IMG/VR virus record: IMGVR_UViG_3300032272_000050
Span: 1 to 32,322 of that record
DNA: 32,322 nt
Source of the DNA: a virus
Lineage: Duplodnaviria; Caudoviricetes
Reading direction: 5' to 3' (one strand)
Part shown: positions 1 through 6,323 of the stretch, in pieces
Layout: each line of letters opens with the position of its first letter
How positions within the stretch are numbered: position 1 is the first letter of the stretch
Program-made: the position numbers and the translations under genes
The notes under the pieces: model-generated
What the model saw: the letters and a program-made list of their open reading frames with translations, nothing else
Databases searched by the model: none
Told to the model about the DNA's origin: nothing

Positions 1-156
1 CGGTCCCTGTTTGTCACCGCTGACATGCTCCATAAAAATATGGTCGTCAGGTACGTCCGCTTTTCGCAGCGCACTAAGCTGCAAATCGAGATTTTGATCA
101 TCCGTGGATACGCGGGCATAGCCCACAAAACTCCACTTAACAGCATCGTCAGTCAT
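1..156 (-). CDS. Serine recombinase (resolvase/invertase family), 5' part only; runs off the window start
   Basis: Manual translation from ATG at 156: MTDDAVKWSFVGYARVSTDDQNLDLQLSALRKADVPDDHIFMEHVSG, containing the canonical GYARVST..Q..Q catalytic-serine motif; GGAG upstream. Absent from the ORF track. Confidence 0.92.
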   Translation of the reverse strand, partial: MTDDAVKWSFVGYARVSTDDQNLDLQLSALRKADVPDDHIFMEHVSGDKQGP

Positions 157-263
157 GCCGTGACAACTCCCTCATCTATTACATATTCCGTTTTTCGACG
201 AATTGGTAATACGCTATTTTTGAGAAGTTGTCAGGGTTTGTTGGCAGGAATAGGAGAGAGATA

Positions 264-662
264 ATGGTTCAATTAGTTACAAAGCAAGAAGCTATCGACG
301 TTGCTTTCATGCTCGTCAAAGAGTTCTCAACAGATGCCAGCCCACAAGATGTAGCGGACATTCTAGCCGAGGTTCACCAGCACACTGTTTTTGATGATGT
401 CGCCAATGAACGCGAGCGCCAAGACGAAAAATGGGGCGGTCCAAAACATGACGATGACCACTCAACACATGACTTTTGCCGCTGGATTAAAAACTATGCT
501 GGTTGGGCTGACCAGATGGCCGATGGCGGCTCATATGATAAATCTCGCCGCCGTTTAATTCAAGTTGCCGCCCTCGCTGTTGCTGCCATTGAAAGCATTG
601 ATCGTTGGGAAGCCGAGCGGGCTGGCATTAGACGCCCACTTGATGGAGGCAGTGATGAATAG
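264..662 (+). CDS. MazG-like nucleotide pyrophosphohydrolase-fold phage protein
   Basis: ERERQDEKWG and LIQVAALAVAAIESIDR motifs resemble phage MazG-like proteins; AGGAG RBS before ATG 264. Confidence 0.6.
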   Translation: MVQLVTKQEAIDVAFMLVKEFSTDASPQDVADILAEVHQHTVFDDVANERERQDEKWGGPKHDDDHSTHDFCRWIKNYAGWADQMADGGSYDKSRRRLIQVAALAVAAIESIDRWEAERAGIRRPLDGGSDE

Positions 663-918
663 GCAGCCGATAGGCGATGTGTGGCATGAGTTCAATGAAT
701 TCAATGCCATAACATGGCCGAGAACAGATAAGGCACCTTCAGGGAAATCATGGGCAACTCTCAGGCGCGGCGGTGAGATTGAAAGCCTTGACTTCGGGGA
801 GATAAATGCGCTCTCGGCGGAATTCTGGGCTGAATGTGACGTGAACTATTATGCAGACCCCGTAGACTTATATTTTGTCAACAAACCCCCTCAGTCTGTC
901 GGAGGTGATGATGCTTAA
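655..918 (+). CDS. Hypothetical phage protein
   Basis: GGAGG RBS, ATG 655 overlaps the end of the upstream ORF; part of a coupled operon. Confidence 0.7.
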   Translation: MNRQPIGDVWHEFNEFNAITWPRTDKAPSGKSWATLRRGGEIESLDFGEINALSAEFWAECDVNYYADPVDLYFVNKPPQSVGGDDA

Positions 919-1378
919 ATTCTGGAAATGGTTACGGGCCTTTAGCGAACAGAAAATTCGTGATGCTCATATGCAAATTCACCATAGCGAAACGAGATGT
1001 CCGCATTGCAATACTTGGTCTTCGCTTATGGATAGCCCGACAAGATTTGAAGAGATCGCGGGTGGTTTCTATCGACAGTCATGTGGCCAGTGTCCGGGCG
1101 AGGCTGTTTTCGATTTTAACACGCCAGTGCCTTTGATGGTTGAAAAGCATTCCAACAAACCCCGGAGACAAATAATGGCATATGCCCAAACAAAATTTGG
1201 TACGGGAAAACCTGAGTTATACGAGGTTAATTTCGACGGCGAGACAATCAACATTGAAGATGTGATGAATGCCACTGGCCTATCGCTAGAGGTTAGCCTT
1301 TGGGCCTCTTTGGTGGAGTCCGTTGAGGAAGTCATGGAAACCGTCAGTAAAGGCCCCTCGCAATCTGGAGAGAAATAA
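911..1378 (+). CDS. Hypothetical protein with CxxC...CxxC zinc-ribbon motif
   Basis: GGAGGT RBS at 901; CPHC and CGQC motifs. Start could be 908 or 911. Confidence 0.7.
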   Translation: MLKFWKWLRAFSEQKIRDAHMQIHHSETRCPHCNTWSSLMDSPTRFEEIAGGFYRQSCGQCPGEAVFDFNTPVPLMVEKHSNKPRRQIMAYAQTKFGTGKPELYEVNFDGETINIEDVMNATGLSLEVSLWASLVESVEEVMETVSKGPSQSGEK

Positions 1379-1656
1379 TGTGCGGACGTGAACCAAATCA
1401 AGCCAGCGATGACCGCTATCTTGCCCGCGAAATTGATGAATTAATTGAGGCCCAAGACGACATGACTTTCGCCTCACTAATGAACGCAGTCGCTGCTTCA
1501 GGCATCTATCTGAACCCACGAGGTGAAGAGGTTGCTACCAACCGTGTTGAGACGGCCTTGCGGCGTCACAGAGAGGCTATGGCGGGAGCTGCGCAAACAA
1601 GCTTGTTAGACCTGACCAACAAATGCCCCAACTCGACGGAGGCAGATAATGGATGA
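1378..1656 (+). CDS. Hypothetical phage protein
   Basis: TAATG stop/start overlap, GGAG RBS. Confidence 0.7.
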   Translation: MCGREPNQASDDRYLAREIDELIEAQDDMTFASLMNAVAASGIYLNPRGEEVATNRVETALRRHREAMAGAAQTSLLDLTNKCPNSTEADNG

Positions 1657-1951
1657 GCTTTACGAAATCATTGAGCGCGGGCTGTCCCTATGTAGCCGTG
1701 GTCGGACCCTCAATGCTCAATGGGAAAAGTCGGGAAGCGGCACACCCAAAGCATGGGCCGATGAAGTCTATGACGACCAATTGACACAATGGGAGATTGA
1801 CGCTCGCAAATTGGTCAACAAACGCCCCGTTCACTGCGCCACATTTGATGAGCAAGTGATATCTGAAAAAGACCGCGCCAAAGTCGGTGACATTCTTGAC
1901 AGCTTGGGCACACCTGACAAACAACGCCCGCTTTCTGAGGCCAAAAAGTGA
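1649..1951 (+). CDS. Hypothetical phage protein
   Basis: GGAGG RBS, overlaps the upstream gene end. Confidence 0.7.
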   Translation: MDELYEIIERGLSLCSRGRTLNAQWEKSGSGTPKAWADEVYDDQLTQWEIDARKLVNKRPVHCATFDEQVISEKDRAKVGDILDSLGTPDKQRPLSEAKK

Positions 1952-2061
1952 CTGTTATTATATTCATTTTATGTGGTGCTGGCAGCGGATTATTGGCAGG
2001 CATAATAGCGAAAGCGCCCGGAAACAATCTAAGACGGGGGCCAACAGATAGAACCCGTTAA
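1948..2061 (+). CDS. Possible 37-aa single-pass membrane peptide
   Basis: GTGA start/stop overlap with GAGG upstream; MTVIIFILCGAGSGLLAGIIAKAPGNNLRRGPTDRTR (hydrophobic N-terminus, basic tail). Confidence 0.45.
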   Translation: MTVIIFILCGAGSGLLAGIIAKAPGNNLRRGPTDRTR

Positions 2062-2108
2062 CAAAAACCAAAATTTCTGCTAAACATCACCACTCGGAGG
2101 GCATACCG

Positions 2109-3320
2109 ATGGCACGATTAAAAGACAAAATTCGATATCTTGTAATAATTCCCAACGCTGATGGCAGTTTTCGCGCCTACTGGCGGCCATCCACATATCT
2201 GCGGCAGCAACACGGCTGGAAACAGGAATGTCTGGGCACCAGCCTTGGTCAAAACGACTTGCATGATGCAAAAAGCCGCGCCATGGAACTCAACGACCAG
2301 ATGGATGCCTGGCGCCGCGGCGATCAGCCAACCAACACCGGTGTTGCCCGCGCCGCGCGCCAGCAGCTGATGATGGATCATTTGATTGATACTTGGTTGC
2401 GCTCGGCTGAATTTTCCGCGCTCGCGCCGTCAACCAAAAGATTTTACAGCGCCCACGCACCAATAGTGCAGGCCTGGGGCAAAGATATCCCGGTCAGGGA
2501 AATCACAGCCAGCATGGTTCACGGCCTCTACCGCGAATTTGCCGCGCACCACCCGCGAAAGGCGCAAGCGCTTGTGCAAACCGGGCAGGCGGCCTTCACA
2601 TGGGGCACGCTCAACGCATCGCAGATCGGCAAGGGTATGCCGCAAAGCGTTAATCTCAGTCCGTTTGCCAGGCAAAAAATGCATCACAAGCCCAAAAAGG
2701 GCGCCATATGGTCGCCGGCGGCAATCACGGCCATCGTAGAGGCCTCGGATACCTACCAAAACAAAGACGGCGTCACCTATCACAGCATCGGCACCGCGGT
2801 TATGATCAACGAATGGGTCGCGCAGAACACCTGCGATATTATTGCCCTGCAGCGCGCATGGTATGTGGAAGGCTCAATTGATTTTGCCCGCTCCAAAACC
2901 CAAATTGGTGTCAAGGTTCAGCTGCCGGCCGCCGTGCAAGCGCGGCTTGAACAAGAACGCACCCGGCAATTGGCGCGGAACCTGTCACCCATGAGTTTGC
3001 TGGTTTGTGACGGCTCGGGTATGGCGTGGCGGTACCGGCATTTTTGCCGCGTGTTTGCAAAAATTCGGGACTTTGCGGCAAAAACCAACCCCGGTATCAG
3101 CAGTGAGATTACCGGCCTGCATTTCAGGGAGTTGCGCCACACCGGGGCCACACGAATGGACGAAGCAGGGGTGCCGCGCGCCCAAATTGCAGCGGTGATG
3201 TGCGTTTCAGTGGATACCGCAAACAACATCATCGACAGATACAGCAGCCGCACAAATAAAATGGCAGACGCTGCTATCGAGAAGCGCATCGCCTTTGAAT
3301 TGGCCGCAAAAAATAAGTAA
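2109..3320 (+). CDS. int: Tyrosine recombinase/phage integrase family protein with degenerate catalytic motifs
   Basis: GGAGG RBS; N-terminal arm-binding-like region, LAPSTKRFY core-binding helix, SKT lysine, FRELRHTGAT box II and C-terminal DRY tyrosine; adjacent to a tRNA-derived att core. Confidence 0.88.
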   Translation: MARLKDKIRYLVIIPNADGSFRAYWRPSTYLRQQHGWKQECLGTSLGQNDLHDAKSRAMELNDQMDAWRRGDQPTNTGVARAARQQLMMDHLIDTWLRSAEFSALAPSTKRFYSAHAPIVQAWGKDIPVREITASMVHGLYREFAAHHPRKAQALVQTGQAAFTWGTLNASQIGKGMPQSVNLSPFARQKMHHKPKKGAIWSPAAITAIVEASDTYQNKDGVTYHSIGTAVMINEWVAQNTCDIIALQRAWYVEGSIDFARSKTQIGVKVQLPAAVQARLEQERTRQLARNLSPMSLLVCDGSGMAWRYRHFCRVFAKIRDFAAKTNPGISSEITGLHFRELRHTGATRMDEAGVPRAQIAAVMCVSVDTANNIIDRYSSRTNKMADAAIEKRIAFELAAKNK

Positions 3321-3379
3321 GTTTTTCTAATGTGCACGCGAAGTATCAGATGCAAAACCAGAACGAAGCAAGCACAAAA

Positions 3380-3616
3380 AGTCTACCGTCTGGGGTTAAA
3401 AAAGTCTACCGCGCAATAATATTACAAAATTAACTTTTAATAAACTATTGAAAATAAAGGAAAAAATGGTGCCGGCACCAAGATTCGAACTCGGGGCCTG
3501 ATGATTACAAATCAACGGAATAATAATATATTTCAATGACTTAGGTTTTTAATTATACCAAAATATCCATTAAAAAACGCCAAAAGTCTACCGCGTGAAA
3601 CCATAACAGTCTACCG
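3380..3616 (+). repeat. Four direct repeats AGTCTACCG (putative integrase arm-type sites)
   Basis: Copies at 3380-3388, 3403-3411, 3585-3593 and 3608-3616: two pairs, each with 23-bp periodicity, flanking the tRNA fragment. Confidence 0.85.
3467..3516 (-). mobile_element. att core: 3' portion of tRNA-Thr(UGU), attP-like
   Basis: Minus strand reads GTTGATTTGTAATCATCAGGCCCCGAGTTCGAATCTTGGTGCCGGCACCA: anticodon arm with TGT, T-arm with GTTCGAAT, 3' acceptor strand and CCA. The 5' acceptor strand and D-arm are absent. Confidence 0.9.
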
Positions 3617-3697
3617 CAAAAATAAACAAAGATATCTAATTTGAAAGAAACGATATCTGAAGCCAGAAAACTTTCATAGATCCTCGCGTTATCACTT

Positions 3698-4861
3698 CTA
3701 ATGGTTGAGCCCAAATTTTACAGTATGACGCCGCGGGTAATGTCGTTGATTTATTGCATTCCTTACAACCAAACCGACCGCCATTCCTATTAGGGGATAG
3801 GAAAAATACTTTGCAAAAAGCATCAATATTACAGCAGAGATAAAACACATAACCGCGGATAAATATAGCTTATCAATTTCATTACCGGATGGCCTTAATC
3901 GGAAGGCACAAAAAACTATTGTAGCTAGTAATAGCCCAAATCCCAATAAGCCAGTATCAACCCAAGCCGACAAAATATTGTGCACATAGTATCCGTCCCG
4001 ATATTCTCCGTAGCTACCCAATATAGGGCTTTGCATTATGGTACGCCAAGCTTCAGGAACTAACTCGGAGCGCGCAATAAATGAATCATCAGCCGTTAAT
4101 GTTAAAAGCCCCCAAACACGGCTATCAGGAAACCAAGAATTTAATATAAATGTAAAAATCCCTAGAAAAATGGCGGAAAACAAAATCATCTTCATGAAGG
4201 ATTTACCGCTTGGCCCGCGGCGTAAAAATTCAACAGCGATAGTGGAAAAAACAAAGGCGATAATCTCTGAACGTGCCCCTACAGCAAAAAAAGTTGCCAA
4301 AGTAACCGAGAGAACAGTCCATTTTAATTTTCCATCAAGATTAGGCATCACAAAAAATGACATTGCTAAAATAGCCATTGCAACGGCCTGATAATTAAAG
4401 CGAACAAAAACCAAGTCCAATATCCCGCCAACAGACAAAATAGGAGATGTCCACAATATCAATGCAGAAATCATAATTAACGCAGCCACTATCCTGTGAA
4501 GCGAACGACTATCTATGTTAGCCGGCCAATGTCGGGCCATGAGATAAAGTCCCAACATTTGAATAAGACCAGCCATATGTGATTTTTCTACATTTTCGCT
4601 TGCCTCTCCAAAAAGAAGCGACAGGAAAAACACTAACAAAAATCCAAAAAATGTCACGCGGGAGGCTAGCGCATATTGTTTATACCGCATAAATGCTGCG
4701 CTGGACTTTAATGCCAAAATGGGAATACACAAAGCCGCGAGCAGTGTTAATCCACCAGGAAACTGGAAATTTGAATAGCCCGCAAAAAAAAGAACCTGCG
4801 AAACCACAAAAGCAGGAAACAGTATATAGAATGCGGTAACGGCAGGGTAAAATCTTAGCAT
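3698..4861 (-). CDS. O-antigen ligase/polymerase (Wzy_C-like) polytopic membrane protein; moron
   Basis: Many hydrophobic segments, with GARSEIIA and HNILSAWVDTGLLG motifs typical of WaaL/Wzy_C proteins; visibly AT-rich relative to the structural genes. Confidence 0.8.
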   Translation of the reverse strand: MLRFYPAVTAFYILFPAFVVSQVLFFAGYSNFQFPGGLTLLAALCIPILALKSSAAFMRYKQYALASRVTFFGFLLVFFLSLLFGEASENVEKSHMAGLIQMLGLYLMARHWPANIDSRSLHRIVAALIMISALILWTSPILSVGGILDLVFVRFNYQAVAMAILAMSFFVMPNLDGKLKWTVLSVTLATFFAVGARSEIIAFVFSTIAVEFLRRGPSGKSFMKMILFSAIFLGIFTFILNSWFPDSRVWGLLTLTADDSFIARSELVPEAWRTIMQSPILGSYGEYRDGYYVHNILSAWVDTGLLGFGLLLATIVFCAFRLRPSGNEIDKLYLSAVMCFISAVILMLFAKYFSYPLIGMAVGLVVRNAINQRHYPRRHTVKFGLNH

Positions 4862-5055
4862 GTTTTAGTTTTCTAGGTTTTGTAAAGCTATTTTAAAATA
4901 CACCGCGGCCAGATTACCTCTATAGCTGAAAGACCACCAGCTTTTATTTTACGCTATAATTGGCGCTAATGATTGGCAAAGCACTATGGTGACACGCGTA
5001 ACGGCTTGCTTATTAAAATACCAACCGACACCAAATGCTCCCGAACCAAAGCCGC

Positions 5056-5193
5056 TTATGCGTCGGCCTGTTGATCCGGGTAAGTTGATGACTTTGGACG
5101 CTTTGGTGCGACAGGCCGTTTAGGCATCACCGGACGCTTAGGTTTTTTCGGTTTGTCCGGTGCATCCGGTTTTTTTGGAAATTTCCAGGCCAT
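5056..5193 (-). CDS. 45-aa Pro/Lys/Arg-rich peptide
   Basis: TGATG coupling to the upstream lipoprotein; MAWKFPKKPDAPDKPKKPKRPVMPKRPVAPKRPKSSTYPDQQADA. Below the ORF track cutoff. Confidence 0.6.
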   Translation of the reverse strand: MAWKFPKKPDAPDKPKKPKRPVMPKRPVAPKRPKSSTYPDQQADA

Positions 5194-5558
5194 CAGCTTC
5201 CCAGTATTTTCATTATTGCATCAGTGAGCCCGGGAATATTGTCACCAATTTTTTCTGAAATAACCTTATCCACTTCAGCGCGTAGCGCCTGGCCTTCAAA
5301 TGCTTTGATGCCGGAGCCAGTAAAATTCAATATTGTTTCACCGTTATTGAGCGAAATCGCGATATCTGACGTACTCAATTCCTTGCCATTAGTATAGGTC
5401 ACGTCAGTGATCTGCCATTCACCTTCTGCGGTCTGGTTGCCGCTGACCTGCCAGCGTTCAAGGCCTGCATATTGCTGCTTGTTCATGCCCAGCGCGCCGC
5501 ATGCAGAAACAGTTAAAGCCAATAAGGCGATGAGGCTAAATTTGATAGAGTGTAGCAT
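5193..5558 (-). CDS. Lipoprotein, possible spanin-type component
   Basis: AGGAG RBS; signal peptide MLHSIKFSLIALLALTVSA|C with lipobox; located after holin-like genes. Confidence 0.7.
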   Translation of the reverse strand: MLHSIKFSLIALLALTVSACGALGMNKQQYAGLERWQVSGNQTAEGEWQITDVTYTNGKELSTSDIAISLNNGETILNFTGSGIKAFEGQALRAEVDKVISEKIGDNIPGLTDAIMKILGS

Positions 5559-5592
5559 GGTTGTTCTCCTTTTAAATTGTGTGGGGCTGTTC

Positions 5593-5859
5593 CTAGCCAT
5601 TGCCGTCCATTGAGCGCGAAGCTGTCTTGGTGGATTGAGGGTCAGGAATTGACTTGACACGCGCTGTCGGTCCATCACGGTTGGCTGCGTGGCCGTAATT
5701 ACCTGCTAGCGCGTTGGTAACGACATGCAGGCTGGCAGCAAGTTTGCCAAAAAAGCTTTCAGCCTTTGGTTTTTTCCACAGCGCCGCCAACTGCGCCGCC
5801 GCACCGATAACCGCCAGCAACACCACAAGCCAGGCCTCAACGGTTTCTATATCGATCAT
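5593..5859 (-). CDS. Holin-like membrane protein
   Basis: AGGAG RBS; N-terminal TM helix, second hydrophobic stretch ending NALAGNYGHAAN, charged C-terminus. Confidence 0.55.
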   Translation of the reverse strand: MIDIETVEAWLVVLLAVIGAAAQLAALWKKPKAESFFGKLAASLHVVTNALAGNYGHAANRDGPTARVKSIPDPQSTKTASRSMDGNG

Positions 5860-5871
5860 AATCAACTCCTC

Positions 5872-6096
5872 TCACGGGTTAAAAAAAACAGCGAGCAATA
5901 CAACCAGAACAGCACCTTGTCCGGTGATAAATGCCCAAAGTAGCCTAGTGTGCTTTGCGTCCTGCGATGTCCGGTGTGTGTCCATGTCTTTTTCCAGCTT
6001 GGCGGTTTTATTAAAAAGGGTTTTTATATTGGCAGAGATTTGGCCGCGCCACTCAGCTTGAGACATTTTCTCTGCATCGTTTGTTTGATCGACCAT
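5872..6096 (-). CDS. Small coiled-coil protein with C-terminal TM helix (XhlA/holin-associated type)
   Basis: Heptad-like N-terminal region plus LLWAFITGQGAVLVVLLAVFF; directly downstream of the tailspike region. Confidence 0.6.
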   Translation of the reverse strand: MVDQTNDAEKMSQAEWRGQISANIKTLFNKTAKLEKDMDTHRTSQDAKHTRLLWAFITGQGAVLVVLLAVFFNP

Positions 6097-6323
6097 CAAA
6101 ATTCACCTTCAATCAATCGGTGAGCCACAAAACAGCCAAAATGCTCGCGGATAATGTTGTTACTTTTTTGCATGATCGTCTCGCTTTCCAGATAGTTCAA
6201 ATTGAACCAATTATTTGACGCGGCGATCTGAATCCGGTTAGGAGTATCGTGGCCATGTCACTACCTACTTTAGTGGTTTGGTCAGGCTCCGCCGGTATGC
6301 CTAGTGCTGGCGGCGCCGCTACT

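Noticed and set aside
25-264. 79-aa + strand ORF
   Set aside because: It is the antisense shadow of the serine recombinase and has no RBS.
3467-3545. Complete functional tRNA-Thr gene
   Set aside because: The D-arm and 5' acceptor strand are replaced by AT-rich sequence; it is an att core only.
3376-3620. CRISPR-like array from the AGTCTACCG repeats
   Set aside because: Repeats are only 9-13 bp, irregularly spaced overall, and no cas genes are present.
6195-6207. LexA (SOS) box
   Set aside because: The dyad GTTCAAATTGAAC matches neither the alphaproteobacterial GTTC-N7-GTTC direct repeat nor CTGT-N8-ACAG.
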